Source of the DNA: Babesia bigemina
Lineage: Eukaryota
Direction of reading: 5' to 3'
NCBI RefSeq assembly: GCF_000981445.1
Contig: NC_027218.1
Location: 496,001 to 560,000 of the forward strand
DNA length: 64,000 bases
Of the stretch, positions 52,996-63,734 are shown piece by piece. The first letter of the stretch is position 1; every line of letters begins with the position of its first letter. The notes beneath the pieces are model-generated. The model saw only the letters and a program-made list of their open reading frames with translations, ran no database searches and was not told where the DNA came from. The position numbers were made by a program, and so were the translations under genes.

Positions 52996-54840
52996 TTAGA
53001 ACGCCACGGTTTTGGAAATTCGCACAGGCTTCGGTACTAACGCCTCGATGTCTATGTCCTCCTCTTCTTCTTCCTCATCGTCGCCGTCAGACTCGTGTGC
53101 GGACGCTCCGGCGCCTGCCTCTAGCGCTTCGCCAAGCAACCACTTCTTCCACGGCAGCAGCTGCAAATATATGAGTGCGCGTTTGTCATGCGGGCTTCCA
53201 TGCAAGAGTATGCTGTTGCACACGCCTTTACCGCCGTGCTTGCACACAGCGGCCTAAAAGAGTGACCTTATTGTCGACCCATTCATGGACCGCCTAGGCG
53301 GCCTCTCTTTCAGGGTCAGCCAGCTGTTCATGCACCAAACTTAGCTCACCTGTATAATAACGCCAACTCTATCGGGGACGTCGTCCGGAATGTTCTCCAA
53401 CCATTGCAGCGCCACCTTCGGTGTGACGACCTTGCAGTGGAGCAGGGCGTCGAACACTGCCTCCAGCAGGTACAGCGACTCCCCAATTGCCGGTAACTTC
53501 CAAGCGCATATGAATTTGGTGACTTCCGTCAGCAGCTTGCCCTCGATGTTTTCTTCACGTCTCTCACAGAGCTCGATGACCAGGCCCGCTACTGCACGGA
53601 ACTTATCGTGCACATCCTTTAGATCGGAGCTCGTTTCGCACGCCTTGGCCGCCACTAGGCATGCCACCACGGCTGGTACGAGTTCTTCCTCGTCCTCAGG
53701 CACCACCTGCTGAATATCCATCGCACCGCCACTGAGGAGTGTTTTGGCTGCATCCACCACCCTCTTGATGGTCTCGTGGTTTGCTTCGTACATGCGATTG
53801 TGACGCAACACCGCCTCTCGCATCTGCTGGACCTGCGCGTCAGGCTGTGGTTGCTGCTGTTCCCGAGCCTCCTTTTGCGGCTCCGGTTTTGTTGGTTTCT
53901 TCTTGTCCTCCGCGGCCTTCGTCTCGGTGAGTCCAGCAGCCTTGATGAAGATATCTTGCACAGATGAGTTCTTTGGCGTCCAGACCGCTTTTTGCGTCTG
54001 TGCGCGCCTGTATGCGGGCACGTAAGCTCCGGATTTCTGCTGTTCTCCGAAGAATGACGATCTTGAGTTCTCTTTGTTCAAGTCCTTGAAGGCATCTCTT
54101 CCATTGTATCCTCCAGATTCCCGGGTCTCAGAGTCACGTCTTTGCATTGAGAATGCCTCCCACGCTTTGTTAGACTCCACGTTGGAGGTCGTGTAACTCC
54201 GTTCGTAACCCGTGTCTAGGCAGCTGAATCTCGATTTGCCGCCAGAACCCCCATCTCCAAAGTTGAAGGATGTACTCTCGTACTTTTTGGACGGCGGCAC
54301 GTAGAGCTTCTTACCGCGGGTTTCCCGCTGCATAGCCGATCTGTTGAACATGTCGTCCTCATCATTGGCCATCCCGCCATCGCGCTTAGAGTCGCCCGAC
54401 TGTCCATCCGCAGTCCTTCCGCTGCTTGGTCGCCGCCATACATCATCTTCTTCGACAGGTTCGGGTGTAGTTTGTCGTGCGCCACTTCTCCATACGTCAT
54501 CCTCCGGTTTGCGTTCGCCGTCTGGTGACGAGCCGCGGCCGCCAGCGTAAGTCTGAGAGTCGGACCTTGAGAATTGGTTCTCCGTGCTTCTCACAGTGCT
54601 GAAATCCGGCTCTGGCCTATCATCGCGCGCTGCTCGTTCGTCGAAGTCATCATCATCGTCCTCGTTAGCCCATCTCACTGGACCAGACTTGTGTCTGTTG
54701 ACCCCAAAGGACGAGCCCTGCTGCTCATCATCGTCTTCCCCGGTAGCTCCGCCGGAAAAGCGCGGCATTTCTGGTTTCCCTTCATTTAGAACGCGTTGCA
54801 AGTCGCGCAGATTTACAGATATAGGTTTTTTTGCCGCCAT
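52996..54840 (-). CDS. W2 (eIF4G/eIF5/eIF2B-epsilon type) domain protein with disordered R/D/G/S-rich N-terminus
   Basis: FDALLHCKVVTPKVALQW and, after an intron, QLLPWKKWL..E..DDEEEE (aromatic/acidic boxes). Confidence 0.7.
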
Positions 54841-56402
54841 GGTTGCAAAATTGTTGTATGTGTATGATCAGTGTCGTTTAGGAATATCTGGTGGAGTCCA
54901 CCCTCCAAAGCCGTATAATTCTGCGCGATGTGGTCGTCCTTTCTCATCCATACCAGCTACGTATAGTGCGGCTGTGTTGTCTACGAGTGCCTGTCGTCCG
55001 TCGTGGCGTGCTCCGGCTATCGTTTCCGATATATTACCCCACGGCGTGGGCAAGGAAAATATGTAGCACGACGACTCATTGAGTCAATTAAGGTGGGATC
55101 CACGGGCATATACTGCGGCGGCTGCCTCCGCGGCGCTCCGTAGCGTCAGCTGGCAGTCTAACCTAGCTCATGTCCACTGCAAGCTGCGCGACACGCAAAG
55201 CAATTTGCTTTTGCTAATTGTGAATTTTTGCGGGGAAAAGTGGTAAAACATACAGACCTTTGTCGAAACAAATTGGTCGCGGCGCGAGCTGCGCGTGGTT
55301 TCAATGCGACATCTTCATGGAACTCGGTATTCATGCTATCGACGAACACGTGTATTGCAAAATGCAGTCTACAGCGGCAAAATATTTCATATACTCGCCG
55401 GAAGACTAACGCATAGAGGAATTTGTGGCTCCTGCGCGCTCATTGCTAGCGTCAGCCAGGATAATTGCGTACCCAGAGTCGCTGTAAATTCGATTGGGTA
55501 GCTGTCGGGTTGTTGCGTGACAATTTGGACCATCCAGCGGCATTTAGGAGTAGATCTGCCGTATTCTGCAGGTTCCAGACATGGGAATGCATGATTTACT
55601 CGTAGGCGCGCCATCCTGTCCACTGTGACTATGAAATTATTGCATCCGTACCGGTTTGCATTGAACAGGGGCACATCGACAATTATGGAGACTGCTATTT
55701 CCATTATAACCGCGTGCATATTTGGTATTTGCACGTCAAGAGCGGCCGGTAACGATATCGCGATGCTTCCATCGCCAGGTCGGTCTGCAGCAACGCTGTA
55801 AGTGCTGATGTGTGTTGTGCGTCGCCGGGATCGAGGCCAAGCATTATTATTTTGCCGTTGCAATCGCTTTTATCAAGTGCACAGTACGACTACGGGTTGC
55901 ATGTATGTAGGCACACACTACTAGCAAACGAGGATGGTTATGACCTCATTATTACCGACGACTATTCTGGGCTGCCCGGTGCCCACTAAGTGTTGTCAAA
56001 ACGCGCCTATACTCGCTGCCTTAGCGCGTTTCCTGCGGTCAGTGTTGTGCGGTTGATCACCGTCGGGTCGAGTCGGTCCACAGTCAACCTGGCGACAAGT
56101 TCCCTGTATTTTCGGGAATATTTTTGTAATGTAGTTCGTCGTCTACTTTTGTGTGCTAAAATTTGGCACCGTATTTGTAGCTGTGGGGAGGCGCTGCTTT
56201 TCGTCATCTGTTCAGTGCTCTCATCGGCGGAGAAGGCCGGTGGTAGCACGTCGTAATATTTTGAGTGCTTGGCATATGGTACACTCGGTGATGCGCTCTA
56301 TCCGGTGTCTCGCACATTGGCCATTTGCAGGCCGTTTTTGAATACTACAGGTCCGTGGCTAACGTGCCACATTACGTATCGGAGTCGCCGTAGTAGGATA
56401 TA

Positions 56403-57644
56403 ATGAGTACCGGCGGCGTTGGTCCGTCCAGTGACCCGTACAACAACCATGTGATTTACGTAAATCCGCGGCAGTATAAGCGCATTTGCATCCGGCGCGA
56501 ACAGCGAGACAAGATGTTGCTGAAGCGAGGTCGTCCGCGTCCGAGTTATTTGCCCGTGGCTACGCGTCCAGAATCCAACTCTTCGAAGCGCAAGCGCGAC
56601 GGTTCTGAGTCTCCTCATAAGATTCCGCCCAATGTAGACCCTTTTTCGCAGGCGGCGTATTTTTACCCTCCAACCCGTTACGCAAAGTCCAGGGAGTCTG
56701 ATCGCGTATCAAGCAAGATACGTCGCTTCAATGATCGGAACGCTGCGGAATTTTCGAACGTGGCCGCACTGATCGCAGGAAATGGCTACAACAGCAACTA
56801 CACGGGTAGTGTGATTCCTGGAACGGCTCCGCATTCTCACGGCAGCGAGTATAGTCCTCACAAGGAACGCGTCTCCTACGTAGAACACAACGCGGCAGAA
56901 AGCACCGTTCCAGGGCGTCTTGTAGCTCATGTTGGTTCTTACTGTGGCGCGCACAATGCGGGTGCCATGGACGCCCGTGCCACTAATGACGGTCGGCAAT
57001 CGGAGGCCTATGGACGCATAGACAGTTACCCGGAGATACACGCCCGCTCGGTGAATCGCGGTTATAGGTTTCAGCAATCGTCGGGAACGTCGGATAGTTA
57101 CTCCTCCGCCTCTTCGGCATCGTCGTATTCGGCATCATACGACGGCCGGCCCATGTCCAGTGGATCAACGGTAGTCATGCCTGTCCACTCTTACCCTGCC
57201 GCTGCTGGGAGTCAGGGTGTTATAAGTGCTGACAGCTATGCTGGCAGTAAACTGGGACAAGTGACTTACAGTAGGGGTGCTTACTCCGCAGAGACTTACA
57301 GCGGCGAGTCGTGCTGCTCTGATGGCCACTGGAGGGAAGACTACGGTCATGGCAGCGACGGAGTTGACTACTACGTGACAAACACAAACTCCTGCGGCAA
57401 TCGCGCGTCTGAGAGCTGCCATAACGGTAGGTACAGCGACGGAGACAATGTGGAGCATGGTGTGGGCGAATCCGCTGATGTCGCAACTGCTGGTGAGATG
57501 AGCTGCGCCTATGCGCAGCATGTTGTAGCTGGAGCTGGGGCGTATCCAGCGAGTGGTATGTCTCGTGGCGGCGCTCAGCCTGTGCTCCGGGGCCCTATGT
57601 GCAGCGAGTACGTTTACGTTGCAGGCGCAGACGCCAAGGTGTGA
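56403..57644 (+). CDS. NF-YA/HAP2-like CCAAT-binding factor subunit (divergent)
   Basis: IYVNPRQYKRICIRREQRDK matches the NF-YA A1 helix (YVNAKQYHRILKRRQARAK). The rest is low-complexity S/G/Y. Confidence 0.7.
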   Translation: MSTGGVGPSSDPYNNHVIYVNPRQYKRICIRREQRDKMLLKRGRPRPSYLPVATRPESNSSKRKRDGSESPHKIPPNVDPFSQAAYFYPPTRYAKSRESDRVSSKIRRFNDRNAAEFSNVAALIAGNGYNSNYTGSVIPGTAPHSHGSEYSPHKERVSYVEHNAAESTVPGRLVAHVGSYCGAHNAGAMDARATNDGRQSEAYGRIDSYPEIHARSVNRGYRFQQSSGTSDSYSSASSASSYSASYDGRPMSSGSTVVMPVHSYPAAAGSQGVISADSYAGSKLGQVTYSRGAYSAETYSGESCCSDGHWREDYGHGSDGVDYYVTNTNSCGNRASESCHNGRYSDGDNVEHGVGESADVATAGEMSCAYAQHVVAGAGAYPASGMSRGGAQPVLRGPMCSEYVYVAGADAKV

Positions 57645-57826
57645 GCATTTGCGGCGTCACTATACCGACTTCTGAGCAGTGACTCTGCGGCATAATTTTA
57701 TCTCTTTTGTGTAGTTCATTCAGCCGCTGTGTATGGGGAGGTGAGGCGTTGTACGTGAGTGTCTGCATAACACACATTAACCTGGCTGGCCTTTTATTTG
57801 CTTATCTATGAAATAAATCTGACGCA

Positions 57827-60105
57827 ATGGGAAGACGCTGGGCCGTCAAGCTTTTGGGTGGTTCCCTCGCGGGCCTTACCGGCACGTACGTCGCGGTGCG
57901 TCGTGAGCATGAACGCTGCGCTATGCCGAAAGGCACGAAGTACAGCGTGCCTTCGACGCTGAAATCGCGTTCCACCATGGCGCGAGCGCTTCGCGAAGAG
58001 GAGTTCGACGTGCTCGTGATTGGCGGTGGCTGCACAGGTGTGTGATTCGTGTTTTGTGTTGACCCCTCGTAGGCAGCGCGGTTGCGCTGGATTGCGCCAC
58101 TCGCGGCCTGAAATGCGCTCTGGTGGAGGCTGAAGACTTCGCTTCCGGTACTTCCTCTAAAAGTACGAAGTTGCTGCACGGTGGTATTCGCTACCTGGAG
58201 AGTGCTCTGCTCCGGTTGGATATCAAGGAGCTGCAATTCGTATGGAAGGCGCTGGAAGAGCGCGCGCATTTGATATTTGCGGCGCCCTTCGCAAACCCGC
58301 CAATTCCGATCGTTCTTCCCATCTACCAGTTGTGGCAGATTCCCTACTTCTGGTTCAACATCAAGGTGTACGAGCTCTTGGCACGTTTCTTCTGCTGCAA
58401 CGAGACTGGTGCGTTTTGCTCAATATAACATTAGGGGGGGATTGTGGATTCGATTTAGTTTCGTGTTGCATATAATGTGGTTTTTCATCCTAGTTCTGGT
58501 CTGTCATTAACTGCTGTTGTCGTCTCATCTCCTACAATTTTACATATTGCATTACGTTCGAATGAGTTCTCATTCTGCAGGATGCAGCACGTGCGTCTGT
58601 GATTTTGTAGTGGCTTGATTTGCATTGTGGACGTGGCGTTGAATGCGTCGGGTTCGTTCATGCTTCCTACGCAAACAGCGTTTTATGGTTGATATCGGCT
58701 AATGTGTAGTCTGTGTGATTACCTATCATGCGATACTTGGTCCACATTCCAATAACCGTACCGCCTTTGCATTCCTTCTAATATTATGGCAGGAGTGCCG
58801 TCATCCTTCTACACGGGCAAGGCCAACACTTTGGACTACTTCCCTCCTCTTCGTGCTGAAGGTTTACTCGGATCCGTCGTTTACTATGACGGTCAACATG
58901 ACGATTCTCGTACCAACCTTCTCATGGCTCTGACCAGTACCATTGACAATTATGTCCCCGGCCAGGTCGGTGCTACCGTTGTGAACCACACCCAGGTTGT
59001 CGACCTCCTGAAGGACGGCGAAGGCAAGGTTAATGGAGCAACCGTGGTGGACAAGTGCACCGGTGAGAAGTTTGATGTTAAGGCTAAGGTGGTTGTGAAC
59101 TGCAGTGGTCCTTTCGCTGAGAAAGTGCGCCAGATCGGCAACAACGATGGCAAGGAAAACATGTTGCACTCTCGTGGCACGCACATCATTTTACCTGCAA
59201 GCTATGCGCCCACTCAGTACGGTATGGTAATTCCGAAGACTACGGATGGCCGTGTTCTGTTTACCCTACCGTGGCGTGGAGAGACCCTTGTGGGTACCAC
59301 TGACACCAAAGACGATTTGCAGTGGAACCCTCTACCCAAGAAGAGCGATGTAGACTTTATTTGCAAGGATGCCGCGATTTATTTGAACTGCAGTGAGGAG
59401 GCGATTCGTCGTGACATAAAGTCTGTATGGTCTGGATTGCGGCCGCTTCTGAAGGGTCTTGACGACCAGCCTGACAACCAGAAGACCGATTCGTTGTCTC
59501 GTGGACACGTTATTCATGTTGACCGACAGAATATGGTGAATGTGTATGGTGGCAAATGGACGATCTGCCGTTTAATGGCGGAGGAGTGCGTGGACCGTGT
59601 CGTGAAGTTGGACCCTACTTTGAAGCCGAAGAGCGCTTGCCGCACCCGGAATATGCGCCTATATGGTACGCACAACGCCAATGGTCAGTACCAGCCGCAT
59701 GAGATTCGCCCATTCTTCAACACCTTAAGTGGGGAGCTGCGTACCGAGTATCCCGGACTAACTCCTGACCAAGCTAACCACCTTGTTCAAAGTTACGGCT
59801 ACCAGGCTCGTGAGGTCGCTCGCATGTCCGCTGAATCTGGCATGTTGAAACCTATCCACCCCGACTACCCGTATCTGCAGGGTGAGGTTCTTTATGGCAT
59901 TCGCCGGGAGTACGCATGCACCCCGCTTGACATTTTGGCTCGTCGTACTCGCCTGGCGTTCCGCGACCACAAGGCAGCATCTGCAGTGCTGGACTCCGTG
60001 TGTGACATCATGTCGAAGGAGCTTGCATGGGACGGTGCACGCCGCAGTGAACTGCGTTCCAAGGCGACTGAGTTCTTCAACTCCATGGAGATTCCCGTGG
60101 TTTGA
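57827..60105 (+). CDS. GPD2: Mitochondrial FAD-dependent glycerol-3-phosphate dehydrogenase, 3 exons
   Basis: FDVLVIGGGCTG, DFASGTSSKSTKLLHGGIRYLE, YYDGQHDDSR, DGRVLF, WSGLRPL, GGKWT and LARRTRLAF. Short intron near 58040; long intron 58409-58792. Confidence 0.97.
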
Positions 60106-62810
60106 GGAGATTCTCTCGTCTCGAAAGCTAATCTGCTGACTTCGGAGCAAGTGTCACGTTTGCATATATCCAGAATATTCCAATATATGGCGTTGGTTTA
60201 ATCGCTCAGCAAGCCCCTGGGCTGAATCGCCAACGGCATGTTGCAGGGTATTTTAGAGCGCGTAGAACGGTTCTAGCTTCAAAAAGCACATATAAATTCA
60301 ATGAATACCCAAATACATGGTTTTTGGCGTTGTATTAGAACTTTTGCTTTCCGACCTCCCCCTCGGACCCGGGGTCTCTCCCTGGGATCCGCAAAAATGT
60401 CGAATTTGGGACTTGCTCTTATTTTGCCCTGTAACTCGCAAAATATCTTCTGACAGGTATATGCATTATTTGTATTGTCGAAATCGCTACTGGAAACGCT
60501 TTGTGACTGACAGAATTTACCACCATTGGCAGGGCTTTAATGGCGCATAACTTTGACTATATTCATCTTGCAAAATATATTTTGCACGTCCTATCGTCAC
60601 TTACGCATTTTACATCGTTCCTACACATACAATATACCACTGTATCAACGTAATACTTGAAAATCACGCGTTAAAATGGCATGGAAAAGGCCCGTTTTTC
60701 GTGCGTCCCAGAAGGCTGTTTCTCCGGCTGTACGCAGTTTTAGGCGGATCTCTGGGGTTCTTTGATTCATAATATAATTCTAAAGCTGCTGGCAAGTTTT
60801 GGTGGATTTTCATGATGATCGCCCAAAATCTGCCTTTTTGCTCAGCCAGGCCCAACCTGGCGCCCCCTCCATGGTGCCCCGAGATGAAATTGCGTATGCG
60901 GCTACGATTTCGCGCATATAGCCATCTGTATCTGCTGCGATCACCAATTCGAGCTTTTAAACGCTGAAAAGTCCAGGAAAATCAAATGATAGGGTCAGCC
61001 ACCGGCGCCTACCATGCGCAACTCCAAAGTCGCAAAACCTAATCTGCGCTCGCCGAAAACGGGTGCATATACAAGTTTGATGATTGACAGACGGTTGGCA
61101 TTATTGTAATCTATGAACTGCGCAACGTTGCGTAGTGTAACACCGCTGAGTTGCCTTGCCGTTTGGGCCATATCCAGACGACGCTGCTGTTGCTGATCGC
61201 ACGGATTTCATTGCAACATGATCTGGTAGCTCTCATATAGCATTCCTAAGACTAAATGAGATCGCCACGGGGCACTACCCAGTTCACCTTGTGCTCTGGT
61301 GCCTCGTGGTAGCACTAACTCATGTCCGCTGAATCTGGCATGTTGAAACCTATCCACCCCGACTACCCGTATCTGCAGGGTGAGGTTCTTTATGGCATTC
61401 GCCGGGAGTACGCATGCACCCCGCTTGACATTTTGGCTCGTCGTACTCGCCTGGCGTTCCGCGACCACAAGGCAGCATCTGCAGTGCTGGACTCCGTGTG
61501 TGACATCATGTCGAAGGAGCTTGCATGGGACGGTGCACGCCGCAGTGAACTGCGTTCCAAGGCGACTGAGTTCTTCAACTCCATGGAGATTCCCGTGGTT
61601 TGAGGAGATTCTCTCGTCTCGAAAGCTAATCTGCTGACTTCGGAGCAAGTGTCACGTTTGCATATATCCAGAATATTCCAATATATGGCGTTGGTTTAAT
61701 CGCTCAGCAAGCCCCTGGGCTGAATCGCCAACGGCATGTTGCAGGGTATTTTAGAGCGCGTAGAACGGTTCTAGCTTCAAAAAGCACATATAAATTCAAT
61801 GAATACCCAAATACATGGTTTTTGGCGTTGTATTAGAACTTTTGCTTTCCGACCTCCCCCTCGGACCCGGGGTCTCTCCCTGGGATCCGCAAAAATGTCG
61901 AATTTGGGACTTGCTCTTATTTTGCCCTGTAACTCGCAAAATATCTTCTGACAGGTATATGCATTATTTGTATTGTCGAAATCGCTACTGGAAACGCTTT
62001 GTGACTGACAGAATTTACCACCATTGGCAGGGCTTTAATGGCGCATAACTTTGACTATATTCATCTTGCAAAATATATTTTGCACGTCCTATCGTCACTT
62101 ACGCATTTTACATCGTTCCTACACATACAATATACCACTGTATCAACGTAATACTTGAAAATCACGCGTTAAAATGGCATGGAAAAGGCCCGTTTTTCGT
62201 GCGTCCCAGAAGGCTGTTTCTCCGGCTGTACGCAGTTTTAGGCGGATCTCTGGGGTTCTTTGATTCATAATATAATTCTAAAGCTGCTGGCAAGTTTTGG
62301 TGGATTTTCATGATGATCGCCCAAAATCTGCCTTTTTGCTCAGCCAGGCCCAACCTGGCGCCCCCTCCATGGTGCCCCGAGATGAAATTGCGTATGCGGC
62401 TACGATTTCGCGCATATAGCCATCTGTATCTGCTGCGATCACCAATTCGAGCTTTTAAACGCTGAAAAGTCCAGGAAAATCAAATGATAGGGTCAGCCAC
62501 CGGCGCCTACCATGCGCAACTCCAAAGTCGCAAAACCTAATCTGCGCTCGCCGAAAACGGGTGCATATACAAGTTTGATGATTGACAGACGGTTGGCATT
62601 ATTGTAATCTATGAACTGCGCAACGTTGCGTAGTGTAACACCGCTGAGTTGCCTTGCCGTTTGGGCCATATCCAGACGACGCTGCTGTTGCTGATCGCAC
62701 GGATTTCATTGCAACATGATCTGGTAGCTCTCATATAGCATTCCTAAGACTAAATGAGATCGCCACGGGGCACTACCCAGTTCACCTTGTGCTCTGGTGC
62801 CTCGTGGTAG
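59823..62810. repeat. Tandem duplication, period 1498 bp (59823-61312 and 61321-62810) with an 8-nt junction
   Basis: The sequence at 61321 restarts the sequence at 59823, and ORF translations are identical at +1498 offsets. Junction sequence is cactaact at 61313-61320. Confidence 0.97.
61322..61603 (+). pseudogene. Duplicated 3' fragment (93 aa) of G3PDH
   Basis: Identical to the C-terminus of the 57827-60105 gene. Confidence 0.85.
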
Positions 62811-63523
62811 TACAAACGCATGTCCGCACGGTACTGTTTGTGCATCTGCAGCCAGAGGTTGGCGCCGAACACGGCTATAAGCATACCCATCAGGTATTCA
62901 CGCATGTTGATAGCCATGTTGTACTCGGCAGCCACCCGCTGCCTGTAGCTGAGCCACGCGCTTTCCCACGACACCTCGGGCTCGCGTGCCTGCTCCTCAG
63001 CAGTTCTGTAGGGCTTGGGAATGAGTTTGCGATATATTTTGAGGGGCTTTGCGAACTTGTAGAACATCTCCTCGTAGTCGTCGTTGGTGAACTTGCCCTC
63101 GATGAGCCGGTACATGTAAGGCTTGAGCTCGGGGGTGTCGTCGGCCAGCTTCTTAAGGAAAGGGTAGAACTGCGGCGGCAGGCGGAACGTGTGCCTGATC
63201 TTGGTGCTCACCTCAGGTGGAAACGTGCCAGGGCAGCCATATCCGTCCCTAGGAATGACGCTGTGCTCTCCCCAAGTGTAACTCTGCCACATCGGTTGAG
63301 TGGTGTTCGTGGCGACCAGAATTGGCCACCCGGTATGTCCGATGTCTTTCTTGAGTGCATGGTAACTGTTGTCCTCCCAGGGGTTTTTGGATGGCTCGTA
63401 CTCGTAGACCCCTGCGTTTCCGTCGTGCCTGTGACGGCGCTGGGCCGCGACGACGCGACAGCCGTACTGCACAGCCCTGCCTTTGAGGCCAGCTCTGGCT
63501 AAAGTACGCCCGGCGAATATCAT
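62750..63523 (-). CDS. Mitochondrial membrane protein, probably apicomplexan cytochrome c oxidase subunit ApiCOX30-like
   Basis: Arg-rich presequence and one C-terminal TM; ends EAPEHKVNWVVPRGDLI. The family assignment is from recollection, not a search. Confidence 0.6.
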   Translation of the reverse strand: MIFAGRTLARAGLKGRAVQYGCRVVAAQRRHRHDGNAGVYEYEPSKNPWEDNSYHALKKDIGHTGWPILVATNTTQPMWQSYTWGEHSVIPRDGYGCPGTFPPEVSTKIRHTFRLPPQFYPFLKKLADDTPELKPYMYRLIEGKFTNDDYEEMFYKFAKPLKIYRKLIPKPYRTAEEQAREPEVSWESAWLSYRQRVAAEYNMAINMREYLMGMLIAVFGANLWLQMHKQYRADMRLYYHEAPEHKVNWVVPRGDLI

Positions 63524-63734
63524 TGCCCCTATTTATATACGGTCTGTGGCCCTCAGTCCTCGGTACAACATTAATCACGTTCCCCATACGCGGCGCTCCA
63601 GCTGCCTACCCGGCCAGTCACCGCAGTTACCGTTTGCTAGCGCTACGCGAAGACAACAAAACATATGTATCGTACTGTTAGACAATTAGCATTACACATG
63701 TGCATCTGGGAGAGGGTTACGTTGCCGGTACGTC

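Noticed and set aside
60106..61250. Telomerase RNA, spliceosomal snRNA, RNase P/MRP or tRNA in the spacer
   Set aside because: I found no telomere-template match, Sm-site/snRNA 5' signatures, convincing P4 motifs or cloverleaf by eye. It is kept only as an unclassified candidate.
61208..61648. 146-aa chimeric ORF across the duplication junction
   Set aside because: Antisense to G3PDH and out of frame with the ApiCOX30-like tail; no sign of function.
59823..62810. Transposon or LTR element explaining the direct repeats
   Set aside because: The repeats are directly adjacent, consist of host gene ends, and have no transposase/RT, terminal inverted repeats or target-site duplication.
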